Below are positions 32,726 through 46,467 of a stretch of 64,000 nucleotides of DNA, piece by piece. The stretch's first letter is position 1; every line of letters begins with the position of its first letter. The position numbers were made by a program, and so were the translations under genes. Source of the DNA: Amphiscolops sp. MND2022 (taxonomy: Eukaryota); contig OZ076409.1 in the NCBI GenBank assembly GCA_964187785.1, positions 434,001-498,000 of the forward strand, read 5' to 3'. Under the pieces are notes generated by a model, which was given only the letters and a program-made list of their open reading frames with translations, made no database searches and was not told where the DNA came from.

Positions 32726-33583
32726 GTGCCGAAAAAAGTTTAAAAGGGGAACCAACAGAGTCCAAATCAAATATCTTTGAAACCGACCTAAAGGCAACTT
32801 CCGAGTTCTCTAGCTTTTGGGGCACTGTACATGGTCCTGCAAACTTCGCAGCAACCACAGTCAACTGCGCACGCCAGCTCTACTCAAGCAGTCGCGCAAT
32901 CAGCCAATACTGCCTCTGGCATGTCCCATCGGCAACAGGGAAAACAGGCAGTCACAACAGGCTGTCGCTAACTACTCCCGAGCCCTGGACAGTTCGTTCA
33001 AGCAGTATCCCAACAACTGACTGACTTGCAGACCTGAATCCACACGTCCTTGCAGCTTGCTAGATAAGAGAAGACTTCAGTGCGGAGCTCAATCTCCTAC
33101 TCCAGCGCAGAAGGAAGAGGCAAGAAAACGCGTCAGGTCAGAAAACAACCGAGATGGTCAACGTCATGGAAAGTTCCACGAGTCGTCTTCCTCGTAATAT
33201 GTAGCGCCAAAATGAAGTTAAGCCGCCCTCCGTGGTCGCACAGGTACCCCAGAAGAGGGGATATCAAGGCCCCGCGAAGCCCTAAAGAAGAAACATGTCA
33301 AGATATTCTTTTTTAGTCGAGGCTTTTTTAGGATCAGTGAACTGACAGATTTCTATAAACACCTATAACTGCCTGTGAAAGAGCGCATTCTCGAAGACTT
33401 TTTAATATAGACTGTGTCAAAAAGAAACAGGTTATTGAACAGCTTATTATAATGTTGTTTACAAAAAAACAGTATCATCCGAAAAGGTGAGAATGACCAA
33501 TTGCCACATGGTCTAAATGGAATACACTGTTGTCAGCTCAATCAATTTTGTCAACTCTTCATTGAAATCAGCATAGCTAAAAG

Positions 33584-36500
33584 ATGGCGCTGCGAGACAA
33601 TTCCGATTTGTATCCAGTGGGAAGCAAACTACTAGCAGTTCGTCAGCTCTGGCAGGACTGCCAACCTATTGGGAGTGCGCGGAAGTGCCACCAAAAGCAG
33701 AAAGGGAAAAGTGGTGGGAACTTTTCGTAATGGTAGTAATTGACAAACATGCACCATCAGAACCAGAGCTATTCAGAACACTTACAAACAAGCCGGGAAC
33801 GGCCCAAGTCGGCGCCATATCTAAGGCTCAAAAATAACAAAAGGACTTCAAAGTGTCAAGTATTCTCTTCTACAGTACCCGTTTGAGGAAAAATTGAAAA
33901 AAAAATCCAATTTTTTTGAAATTTTTCAAACTTTTTTGGTCTCCCTTAAGCTGCATAGTGCCGAAACATGTAAAATGGGGCTCTTTGGAAGTTTTTTAAC
34001 ATCCATTCTTTTGCAAAATAGACAAAAAAATGAAGGGTGTACACTTTGGAGATATTTGCGAAAAAAGTCTCACAAAGCCGAAAAAAATTTGCACAAAAAA
34101 TTTTGGTCATGGCGGGACTCGAACCCATGTCATTCTGCTTGTCAGACCTCGAAAAAGCCGTAGTGGCCAAGTAGCAGTGAAGAAGTGTGACACAGTTTAG
34201 TGTTGGTGCCGGTTTAGTGCCAACTTATAAAATTTATAAAATCTGTCAGTTCGTTGGTCTTAAAAAAAGAAGTCACTACTATAGTCTGCGTTTTTCTTCG
34301 AAAAGCGCCGACTAAAAATAACCCGCGACAGGCAGCACCTCTAAACAAATTGAATGAACAGGCTGCAGAGCGGAAAGTTGTCAGCATACTGTTCCTTTCA
34401 GTGGGTGTGGCCGGCAGAATGAATTTGACAGACAAATTCCCATGCATGACAGTATCCACAGCGGCAATAGCAGAAATCAAGGAAAATCGTGATCAAAGAT
34501 TCTACAAGCCACGAAATAGAACATTGGAGCGTTATCAATTTTTCGCTCAAAAACAGCAGAATCATAAATCACTGAGACAGTTTTGGAACACCCTCACAAG
34601 ACTGGCTGCAAAATACTAGTTTGGAGAGGAAAGAGAAGGACTCATCATGGACGCGTTTATCCAGAACATGCAAAACAAGGCAGTACAAAAACGCTCTTGG
34701 ACAGAATCAAAAGAAGACATAATCCAACAAAATTAATTCGTGGGAGGCAGCGAGATCAAAGCGGAACTAGTTTTGGCAGGAGAAGGGCAACAAACAAGAA
34801 ATCCAAGTTTGAATTTTCACAAAACCATCTGGCATCGTGTGAGGCCAAAACGGAGAAATGCAAAAACTCTGGAGTTATCGGACATTTCGCACGAATATGT
34901 AAGCGGCCGAGGGTTGCCAACTCGCGTGGGGTTGACAGAAATACAAACAGAGGCAATATGAGAAGAGTCAATTTGATTGAACAACAGGCCGACCAATCTG
35001 GAGGAAGCTGAGAATGGTACGATGACAACATTGTGCTACATGTAAACGGGGTAGGTGTGAAGCCATTGCTACTGAAGGGAAAATCAAACAAGCAAGTTTT
35101 GATTTCCGGTATCAAGGGATGGGGAGAAGTCACTAACCGGTCGAGCATGGCTAACGAAACTCAGTTACCGCCTGACAGAAGCTCAAAATGAAGGTGATTG
35201 CAAAAAATTTGTAACTAACATTGTGGGAAAAACTGAAATATCTCCTGAATAAAAACGAATACAGAAAAAGTTTCCTAACGTAATTAAACGAAAAGGCAGG
35301 ATTGTCGGACACAAAATCAAAAGTGAATTCAAAGAAGGGGCCAAAAACACACAACAGACTAGTTCCCTTGCAACTTCAACAAGCAGCTGATGCGGAATTG
35401 AAGAATCTACTCGAAGCTGGCCACATTAAAAAGATCGACAAAATCCCGGATGAGATGTTCATCCAACCAGTGGTGATTACTGTCAAGAAGGACAGAAGCG
35501 TTAAAAAAGCTCTAGTTGCCAGGTCGCTAAACAATGCCATTTTCAAAAACAAATACCAAATGCCGGACCTGGAAAGTTTGACGGACAAAATTGCGGAGGT
35601 AATCAACAACAAGAAAGAAAGTGAAGTGAACTGTTAATCACTTCGTTAGATATGCTGTACGCAAACGGTCAATTACACCACCAAAGAGCAAAACACTGCA
35701 CTTTTCAAATTGTGAGAGGGGAGACGATGGGAAAATATCCATTTGACACAGGGTTCAACTGTTTATCAACAATGCCCCCAGAGTTTCAGAAAATAATGGA
35801 TAACATTTTGCAAAAAAAAACACTTTTATATTTATCGACGACATTCTAGTTGTAACGAAGGGACCGAAACAAGATCATATAAAGAAGGTGAAAGAAACAA
35901 TCCAAGTACTTGACGAAGCAGGAATCAGGTTGAAAGTCGCCAAATGCGTGATACGATAACCCGAAACAGAAAAGTTTGGGTATCCAGCGTCAGCAGAAGG
36001 AGCAAAACCTATAAACACAAAAGTACTGGCAGTCACCGACAAATTACGCCCAAAAAACCTGAAAGACGTAAGATCATCTATGGGCGCTATCAACCAACTA
36101 AATAAATTTATAGCAAATCTAGCAATTTTGTGCGTACCTCTTTGACCAATATTGTACGACAACGGCTGGAAATGAAAGAAATAACACGAAGAAGCATTCG
36201 GAACGATAAAAGAGGCAATTAGGCAAATTAACGAAATGAAACATTTCAAACGGAATTTACCTTTTACGGATAATTTGAGAAGCCAATAAACAAGGGCTCG
36301 GAGCAGTGCTACAACAAAATAAGAAGAAGGTTGGGATACAGCACACTACGCCTGACGGTGTCTTGCAGAGTTTGAACACAAAGACCCAATTAACGAGTTG
36401 GAACTGCTGGCCGTAGTGTGGGCCATTGCAAATATCCGAAGTTTTGTACATGGCACTGAGTTCAAAGTTGTGTTGGACCACAAAGCTTGAATGAATGTAC

Positions 36501-38580
36501 TGAGAGATAACAAAGGAGATAAATTTTCATCAAAACTTACTAGGTGGTTAGGTAGGTTGCTTCCGTTCCAGTTCAAAGAAGTGCATGCCCCAAGTCATAC
36601 CATGGGTATGGTATCCGTCAACATGGGTATTATGTGTCGCGGCATCTGTACGAAAATGGTAGTACCGAAAGTATAATTAAAGCAGAAGAATTATGCCATA
36701 TTTGGTTTACCGTGAATGAGTTAACCAGAAAAGACACTTCTGTTTCAGCAAATCAAAACCGGCGGGGAGAGGAGAAACAGCCAATAGGAGAGAAGTTGGC
36801 GACTGCAAGCGAGCCTCAAGCGAGAGTGAAAGTGGAGAGTGCAGATAGCGTCAATAATAGCGAAGACACAAGAAAGCGACCAATTAAATTAAAACTTAAT
36901 TTAAGCGAAAGCAAGGCAATTAACAACGCGCTAATGCTAGAGGCCGACAACCCACCATCGAAAACGCCGCAATGCTACGCAATAAATCAAATTGTAGTCC
37001 TGCAATCCCTGGAAAAATTTGCATTCGCTTCCCAAAGTGATTCTGAGGAATTCTTACAAAAAGTGATAGGACTAATCACAAAACCGGATTCCACTAAAAT
37101 CAATCGGCTGCCAACGTCGTGGCGCGAGAAGTTCCGCTGTCTCAGCAGTTTAGTTGATCGCAATTTCATATAAATGGGCGAACGTCTTGTAATTCCAAAA
37201 TTGTTACGGCCAATTTTCATACGATCGCTCCATTACGGTCATCCCGGTAGGGATAACAAACTCGCCACAGCTAGCAATGAATGGTGGCCCAAGTTCCAAC
37301 GAGCAGTCGTCGCAATTGCGAAGAACTGACCCCAAAGCTGTAGAGCCATTAAGATTGTTAAACTGTATTACGGCAAAAACAAGTTGGGAAATTACCAAGC
37401 TGTTACAAAAAATGACAGAGATCGCTATAGACTTTGCAGGGCCTTTTCAAAATGCGATAAATGCGCGTAAATACTTACTAGCATCCATTGATCATCTTTT
37501 GGGTTTGATGAAAGCTAAGTTTTTAAGTAAACCCCAAACTGAGAATGTAATTGAGTTTTAAGAAAACTATAGAGCTACACATTGTATACTCAAGACGATA
37601 AAAACCCAGCACCAATTTTTAGAAGTAAAAAATTCAAGGAATTTTGTAACAAGTGGTTAATAAACCATGTAGAGTGCCCTGGAAGCGATCATCGTGGAAG
37701 AATCATAAGGACAATAAAAGAAAGTTTGAGAACTAACAAAGAGTTCGTCGTAAAAAGTGATAGGCCTGGTTTATCAGAAAATTTATTTGCTTTGATAATG
37801 AATCCGTCTAGACGTGGGAAATCGCCTTTTGAGAAAGATACGGGAGGAATACCAAATACAATTGAAAAATTAGTTATATATCGTGAAAAATTCCTTTCAG
37901 ACACCCTAGAGGTTCCTCTAACGCAGATTGATTTCGACTCTGGCAATGACTCCATGATCCTGATTAGAGAAAGGTCACGCGGCATCAAGCTGGAAGGGGC
38001 GTTCAAAAAGATAACAGTCCAAACACACCATTACATTTCTGCCTGTGGCCAGTCGTCAGCCAAGTATCTTTTCAAAACGCGGTTTTGGTCACACAGAGAT
38101 GACAAAAAGGAGCCGTGTTGCTCAAGAGACGCAACAAAAAATCAAATGGCAACAGCATATGAGTAGTCAACTACTAGTGAGCTACCAACCGATCAGGAAC
38201 GGCAAAGTGAGACGAGCGGTTCAATTACTGAAATCGCCCATTTCCCGACAAAATCGCAGTCACCAACAATGGCAGAAACTAGTCAAAAACAAAAAAGACA
38301 ATTCCCGCGACTAAAGAGCTGAAACTAAAGGTGAGATAGAGACAACAACAAAAATCAAAGAGAGTAGAAAAACAACCAACAATATGGGAACAGATTGAAG
38401 AAATGGAGTCTGACGAAGAAGAAAACAATCAAAACAATAATTCGGATCCACCAATTAGGATAGAACAACCACAAACAGAACCACAAATAACGCCCTCAAG
38501 CAGCAAAGAGGAAATTTTGAAACCAGAACTGAGAAGGGAGAAATAAGCAGGCACAAAACTGAGTTCAATGGCCACAATAT
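33584..38580 (+). mobile_element. Heavily decayed Gypsy (Mag-like) gag-pol relic
   Basis: Fragments EKWWELFV, RNRTLERYQFF, GHFARIC, QPVVITVKKD, MPPEFQKIMD, YLYRRH/IDDI region, ELELLAVVWAI, LHYGHPG, IAIDFAGPF; homologous to 53005-56495; no LTR pair found. Confidence 0.8.
33787..34317 (-). mobile_element. Complete Helentron/DINE-1-like non-autonomous element inserted in the Mag-like gag
   Basis: AACAAGCCGGGAACGGC (hairpin) + AGTCGGCGC sub-terminal repeat at one end, GCGCCGACTAAAA at the other; A/T-run insertion site with no clear TSD. Confidence 0.7.
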
Positions 38581-38593
38581 AATGTGTTTTCTT

Positions 38594-38942
38594 TTTTAGT
38601 CGGCGCTTTTCTTTAAAAAAAGTCGACTATAGTCATGGCTTTTCGTCAGTGTTTTTCTAAGACCACCTGAACTGACCAAAATATTTCTACCAAAAGTTCT
38701 ACAAAATTTTCAGAAGACGCCAAAATGTAACTGTTGGCCCAAGGAATTGAACCAAAAAGGTTTCCCGCGTAACATACAATACCATAAGAGACCAAAGGGA
38801 CCTCCCTTTCAGTTTTTTCGGCATTGTGAGACTTTTTTTCAAAAAAAGTTTCACAAAAGGGTTCCCAATTCACCAATACTTTGAAATTCTGAAGTCCTTT
38901 TGCTATTTTTGAGCCTTGGATTTGAGCCTTGGATATGAGCCT
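38594..38942 (+). mobile_element. Helentron/DINE-1-like element, 3'-truncated
   Basis: TTTTAGTCGGCGC...GTCGACTATAG start; TTTGAGCCTTGGATATG near the end. Confidence 0.6.
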
Positions 38943-40009
38943 GGAAATTGATTGTTGTGAACTAGCTGTCTTTCGCTTCTTGTGATTTCGCTTCTTCGTA
39001 TGAAGAAAGGTACTGTTTTCGGTCTGAATAGTTTTTGCTGACAGTTTCTGCACATTATCGGTTGACATTTGTTACTTTGTTGACATGCTTGTTTCCGCAG
39101 TTTTTGCAATCTGATTTTTTGAACCTGCTTTCGTCACCTTTGTTGTTTTCGGTGAAGTTTTGTCATATTTCTTTTGTATCCGTTCTGCTTTTTTTAGTAT
39201 GTCAGTATTCACGTTTTCCTTGTTGTGGGTCATCTTGTTGTGTCTTGATGAACTCTTCGATTGCTTCAATTTTTTTCAAGATTTTTTTACTTTTATGAGT
39301 CATCTTAACTCGGTTAGACTTAACTGTTCTGCCGAAATTGATTGGAAGTTACATTTTTTCAATACTCAATAGCTGTCTCAATATATGCTCCGGCTTTATC
39401 CGGTCTGACGTTTGTAGTTTGCAAAATCCGTTCCAACTTTGTCAGTCACCAACTGTTCCTAAAAACTCTAATAATCGTTTTTCATGACATGCCGCCTTCC
39501 GGTTTGTTTTGCAGTTTTCCGGTCATTGCATGAATTGCCTTCTGTCCCAGTGCCTAATAAATAACTATCGTAGTTTCTTCTCTTGTTCTGCAGTTAGAGT
39601 TGATATTCCATGGGTAAAGCTGTTTATAGCGAGATCTTGTTACTTCTATGTGAAGTATGAATCTTGGCCACCATATTTCGACATCTGCAGTTGTGAGATC
39701 TGTATCTACGCTAATCGGTAACGCTAATGAGGTTTCCGACAATGGTAACGGTGAATGTGTCTGGTTCTTTTTCTATTTTTTCTTTGCGTTTGAACAAGTT
39801 TCGTGGGTCTACTTAATGCTGACTACGCCATTCGTACTTTAAACCTACCTCGTTATAAAAGGATATTGTAAAAAAACTAATTGAAATATTGTAACAAACA
39901 CTAGCTCTAGATAATCGTACTAATGGTCAGTTTTCATCTCAATGAAGTTCATCAAAGACATCTAACTCCAATTACGACCATTTGGGTTCCAATTGACTTT
40001 GGTTCCAAT

Positions 40010-41990
40010 GCATATATACAATGCATTATATATTTCAAAATAGACGAGGGTAACAAAAACTTAGGACACTCAAATTCGCTGACACAAAACGCGTTAGGTC
40101 TTTATATGAACAGAACAGTTTATTCAATTGGATATTTGAAAGTACATAAAGAATCAAAGAAACAGAAAAAAAAATTCATCGAAACTATATATATATATCC
40201 AATTAGGACGCAAAATGAGTATTACTACTCTTCTAAGTTTGCGCCCTTGAGAACCAAACATGTGCCTCACTTAATTTCATTTTTTCTTATTTTTTCTTAT
40301 ATGCTTTGTTCAGAAAAGTTTCAGGAGAAAAAAAATGGTTGTAATTACAAATTTTTTTGACCAAAATTATCACAGCCTTTTTCTTTGTTTTGATATCAAA
40401 CAAAACTGGAAAAGCGAATTAACCCTAATTAGAATGAGCGTATTAGCAAATTTTTGAGAATTTCGGATTTTTTTCAATCGTCAATATCTCTTCAACTACG
40501 CATAAAAATTCGAATTATTTTGCTTTTGTTGCACAAGGTTTTGTTTTAAAAAATTTGGGGTTGCCTGCATGAGTCAAGATTTTTGAGAAAATTGGACTTT
40601 GCCAAATTTGGAATTTCGAAAAAGTTCAACCTTTCTTTCGAAATACAAACCCATTTTTCTCACCGATGGAGAAAACCTTTAATTTTGATAATGCTTTTGC
40701 CGTTCGGACCAAACCAAACACGGTGCCAATAAATTGTTGAACAAAAACGATGCTAAGAAGATGGCTTTCTGGCGAAACGAACCAAAAGTTGAAAATATGA
40801 ATGACCCCTCAAAGTACCGCGATGGTATTTAGGGTTGATCATCAGGCATATTTGTGCTTTGGCACTTTCGATATTTATCAGGCATTGTCTAGCAAACCGC
40901 CGGTGATATCAAACAAGCCGGGACAGGCCCAAGTCGGCGCCATATCTAAGGCTCAAAATAGCAAAAGGTCTTCAAAATGTCAAAGTATTGGTGAATCGGG
41001 GACCCTTTGATGATTTTTTTTGCAAAAAAGTATCACAATGTCGAAAAAACTGAATGGGGGATCCTTTGGGCTTTTTCAACATCCATTCTGTCATATATAT
41101 ACAATGCATTATATATTTCAAAATAGACGAGGGTAACAAAAACTTAGGACACTCAAATTCGCTGACACAAAACGCGTTAGGTCTTTATATGCTTTGTTCA
41201 GAAAAGTTTCAGGAGAAAAAAAATGGTTGTAATTACAAATTTTTTTGACCAAAATTATCACAGCCTTTTTCTTTGTTTTGATATCAAACAAAACTGGAAA
41301 AGCGAATTAACCCTAATTAGAATGAGCGTATTAGCAAATTTTTGAGAATTTCGGATTTTTTTCAATCGTTAATATCTCTTCAACTACGCATAAAAATTCG
41401 AATTATTTTGCTTTTGTTGCACAAGGTTTTGTTTTAAAAAATTTGGGGTTGCCTGTATGAGTCAAGGTTTTTTGAGAAAATTGGACTTTGCCAAAATTGG
41501 AATTTCGAAAAAGTTCAACCTTTCTTTCGCAATACAAACCCATTTTTCTCACCGATGGAGAAAACCTTTAATTTTGATAATGCTTTTGCCGTTCGGACCA
41601 AACCAAACACGGTGCCAATAAATTGTTGAACAAAAACGATGCTAAGAAGATGGCTTTCTGGCGAAACGAACCAAAAGTTGAAAATATGAATGACCCCTCA
41701 AAGTACCGCGATGGTATTTAGGGTTGATCATCAGGCATATTTGTGCTTTGGCACTTTCGGTATTTATCAGGCATTGTCTAGCAAACCGCCGGTGATACCA
41801 AACAAGCCGGGACAGGCCCAAGTCGGCGCCATATCTAAGGCTCAAAATAGCAAAAGGACTTCAAAATGTCAAAGTATTGGTGAATCGGGGACCCTTTGAT
41901 GATTTTTTTTGCAAAAAAGTCTCACAATGTCGAAAAAACTGAATGGGGGATCCTTTGGGCTTTTTCAACATCCATTCTGTCGCTAAACCC
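40010..41990. repeat. Tandem duplication, period ~889 bp (first copy has an extra ~190 bp)
   Basis: 40300-41090 matches 41190-41980; 40010-40107 matches 41095-41190. Confidence 0.85.
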
Positions 41991-42261
41991 CAAAAAAATT
42001 GAAGGGGCCCTTTGGGGAAAAAATTTCTCGGAAAAAGTTCTCACAATGCCTAAAAAACTGAAATAGGACCCTTTAATCTCTCCCGGTATTGTACGTTACG
42101 TGGAAAAAGAAGAAAAACTTTTTTGGTTCAGTTCGCTAGACCAAATGATTCAATTTGGGACAATAAAATTTCGTAAAACCTTTAGGAACTATTTTGGACA
42201 GTGGATTGAAAAAAAAGTCAATATAATAGTCGCGTTTCACTTCATGAAGTGCCGACTAAAA
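41801..42261 (-). mobile_element. Helentron/DINE-1-like element (partial duplicate at 40912-41090)
   Basis: AACAAGCCGGGACAGGCCCAAGTCGGCGCC...GTGCCGACTAAAA termini. Confidence 0.7.
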
Positions 42262-43619
42262 ATGCCAGAGACAAAGATTGAATCTTCTGATAATAACACT
42301 TTCTCCAAAAACTCTTTGCTTTAAAATTCACTTATGTTCCGACGAAACTATCTGATTTTTATCAACAAAGCTTTCATCAAAAATGAAAATAAAAAGTTAA
42401 GAACATTGTCGAGGATACAAAACTGATACCGGAGGTTCTTTTGACCAGTAGTTTGAGATTTTGCTTGATAAAGTTCGAAAAAGTCCAGAAATCCCCAGAG
42501 TACACAGTGATAATGTTTAAAAATTCTGATTCCATACCGAAAAAAAAACGGTTGTAACTCTGCTCAAAATTTGAGAGATTTTCGCTCCTGATGTTTTTGT
42601 CGAATGCATATCCAGAGAAAGAATGCGCTTCCAAAGCCTTCCCTTGCTATATTAGCTGCTGTCTCAGTACTGGCCTCAGTATCATTGTGTAGCTCCATAG
42701 ATTCACAACACTTCATAGTGTGTGCACAATGAGTGCCAATTGAGAGTGAATTTGATGAAGTCTTGGTTTGCACAAATGAGAGCCAACTAACTACTGACTT
42801 CGTGCAGTTTTGCTCGCCGCACAGCAACAAGCCAAGCCAAGTGCCTCAAGCGTGACGACATTTTCGAGAGGCCTCCTCAGCCCGCAAATGTTGCTTCAAA
42901 GAACCAGAGAACAACCAGTCGCCGTCCAAGAAAGGCATTCATTCAACCACACAATGACGTCATGTTCCTGTGACAACAGCAAAGTCAATTGCTCTCAACT
43001 GCTTGGCAACTAACTGTTCGCCATTAATGTTCTCATTCGGAAGATTGGCTGGTTGCATGGATGTTGTTCATGCATGTTTCATGTTGTCTCAAAACAAATT
43101 CTATTTTAATGACAATCAACTTTGAACTTTGAAAGGAGCACGGCCATACAGTTTGTATGTTTGTATGAGTAGCTACGACCAGTAGACACTTGTCAAAAAC
43201 TGGACCAGTTTAGTGGAGTTTTCCTGAATGAACCCAACTCAGTGGCTCAAAAGTCGAACTCCAAACTTGAATAACTTGCAAACTGTCAGAAATACCGAAA
43301 CACATCAGCCAGAAAATTTCCTTGGAATTGTTCTCAGTGTACAAAAACGTTGAACGACCAAAGTTGTTTAGCATTTGTTTACGAAACTACCCAAAATTTA
43401 GGAAGTTCTAATTGAGATTTGAGTTTTTCCCAAAGTTTCAGTAACATGTGAAGTATTTGAAATTTCTAGAAACTTCCTTACTTCTGAGACTCCTTGTCTT
43501 TCAATTGTCTTGATCTAGCACTCAATGTAGTTTAATTGTTCGGCACTATGAGACTTTTCATATTTTTTCCCAAACCTAAAGTCCCTCCTTCAATTTTCAG
43601 CAGAAATAACAGCGTTTTG

Positions 43620-44062
43620 CGAACATAGATGGCCATTTTCACTTTTTTCGCCACTATTCGACTTACCGAAGTTAGGATAAATTTGAAGAATTTTTCGAAA
43701 ACAAAATCGTAAGGTTTATTTCACAATTTTTGGTTGTATGAGGTTTTCTGTGAAGGGAACATTTTTTCCAAGTCTTGAGGGTGACCTCTTTGTTACGTTT
43801 TTATCCTGTGGAACTGATGAATTCTCCTAATGATTGTAGAGAAACCTTTTTTCAGCCTTTTTCGGCTCTGTCTGTCTTTTTCGAAACTTTCATTTGGTGA
43901 AACGGAACCCCTCGCTTTCAGAGCTGATTTCGGCTTGAGAAAAAGTGGTTTTGCGAGCTGAAATCTTTTTCGGCACCATGAGACTTTTCGGGGAAAAGTT
44001 AACAAGAAATAAATATTCAAAAATGGGTTTTCGTGTTTCCACTTCGATTTCCGGGTCTTGGA

Positions 44063-44107
<45 letters not shown>

Positions 44108-45028
44108 AAATGTGTTCAAACCGTAACTTAGGTGTTAATGCCGATTATGGGCAAAATTCCGCAAGCGGACATTCTAGTGCCGGAATTAATAGACTGTCTA
44201 GCGAATTGAACTCGAGGTTATCAAGAGAGTTAGACGAGATGATGGGTAGTGTCAACACTCAGATCCAAAGGGCTATCAGTGATGCAATAAGCAATCAGAT
44301 ATTACCCCAGATTCAAACTTCCCTAAATGTCGGATCAGGCCACTTGACACAAAATAGGTGAAACATTCCGTCCGAGAGACCGGAAATTAATTGGTGAGAA
44401 GGCCAAAAAACACTAGAAGTGAACATCGCAACGATTATCAAAATGATGGTCAAACCCATTCGCGTGTTTACGACATATGCTAAGAGCGTTTTCGATAAAA
44501 ATATTTCGAATATAAGGGTACCGAAAAATACACAAATCAAGCATTTGGTGCTCAAAAAACACCGAATTTAGGATTTACCGAACATAGATGGCCATTTTCA
44601 CTTTTTTCGCCACTATTCGACTTACCGAAGTTAGGATAAATTAGAAGAATTTTTCGAAAACAAAATCGTAAGGTTTATTTCACAATTTTTGGTTGTATGA
44701 GGTTTTCTGTGAAGGGAACATTTTTTCCAAGTCTTGAGGGTGACCTCTTTGTTACGTTTTTATCCTGTGGAACTAATGAATTCTCCTAATGATTGTAGAG
44801 AAACCTTTTTTCAGCCTTTTTCGGCTCTGTCTGTCTTTTTCGAAACTTTCATTTGGTGAAACGGAACCCCTCGCTTTCAGAGCTGATTTCGGCTTGAGAA
44901 AAAGTGGTTTTGCGAGCTGAAATCTTTTTCGGCACCATGAGACTTTTCGGGGAAAAGTTAACAAGAAATAAATATTCAAAAATGGGTTTTTGTGTTTCCA
45001 CTTCGGTTTCCGGGTCTTGGAGTATATA
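43620..45028. repeat. Direct duplication (~450 bp; 43620-44070 / 44578-45028) enclosing a (TA)n tract and a copy of 47905-48360
   Basis: Direct comparison; (TA)n at 44064-44105. Confidence 0.85.
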
Positions 45029-46467
45029 TTCCGCGTCTTGGGGTATCTTACGGCGTTGAGAAACTGGTAAAAGTTTGAAAATAGTATCCTTTGTATATTC
45101 AGGAAACTTGAGCGCGTGTCGCCGACTTGGGCTGGACAAAATTGTTAGAGGAACTTACGTAGAGTCCGACAAAAAGTGAGCGATAATTCTTAAAAGCCAG
45201 TTTGGATGGGCGGGAGTTGAAGACTGTATAAGAACACGGTGACTCATTATGCAAGTGGAAAAATTTTCGAGCACAAATGCTTCATGAATTTCGTTGCACC
45301 AAGAAGCATACTTTTTTCAAAATGCCGCAAATTACTGTCTGGGAAGCTTCGAAGTTGCCGGAACTTATTTAAAAACAGCACGCTGTAACAACTTGGATTA
45401 GAAGCACTCAAAGCTTTCATAGTGCTATAGATGTCAATGACGTGTGAATATATACAACTCGATGGAATATGAAAGACTTCACGCCTTGGCAATACAGTCG
45501 GACTGTTCCAAGGAATAGATCCTTAGAATTTTTCTTTCGCTCAACTAATAATTCGTTATTGGAAGCAGTATTGATACCAATAGATTCGTGGAAACTATCA
45601 CGCTATCAAGTTAAAAAGCTCATCACAAGTATAACCTCGAACTATGTAGTCGATAACAAGCTTCTCTTTGCATATTACTTTAAAAAGAATTGTGCCGATA
45701 CTGAATTTTTTTCGATACTGGTGTTCAAGATAGGCAAAGTCTTTGAGGGCCGAAATAGTTTCAAATCATTTTGTTAAAAAGTTCTGAATTTGGTTCTTCA
45801 GGGCAGGACCGTTGACAAGCCAGTAGGCCCTTTTCCTGTCCAGAATGGTTTCCTTTGTTTCAATTTATACTTATTATCGGTATTTATGGAATGATTTCAA
45901 TCCAATAAACATTTCTTCTTTCTATTCCGACAGACCTAGAAACATATAAGCAGAAAACATGCGCTGTATGTGGAAGAAGTTTGATTATATCCGAGAATTA
46001 CCATACGTTGAATCACTATCACAATATTTAGATATGATAACATTCTCATGAAGCAAGGGTTTTAACCCACCGAAGCATTATCACCAACCACTTGGACAAT
46101 TTGAGCTTAAATGGGCAGCCCCGAGAAAAAGTAATCAACAAGTTTGCCAGTAAAACCAAGTCACCAAACAAACTTTTAGGGTCTGCAAGAAACGGATCAC
46201 ATTTACGCCTTCTTGAAACATTTCAGCTTATCCAGAATTATTGAAACGATCACAGTACCATTATGACATTCTGACCATTTCTCAAGAAAAAGTTTGTCTG
46301 TTTTTTAGCGATACCAATATTGGAAAGGTCAATTTTATTCTGAGAAATTTCCTCAGATTTTCCGAACCACCTCAGATTTCATCACGAACAAAAACCCTCC
46401 AAAGATGTTGAAGCAGTCTTTTGGCAAATATTGGAAATTCAAAATTCGCGAAGTTTTTTAAATATGC

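Noticed and set aside
34095..34170. tRNA gene
   Set aside because: Only a T-arm/B-box-like 3' half; no D-arm or complete acceptor stem
38945..39840. Possible decayed LINE fragments here and at 42600-43500
   Set aside because: No diagnostic motif could be read with confidence
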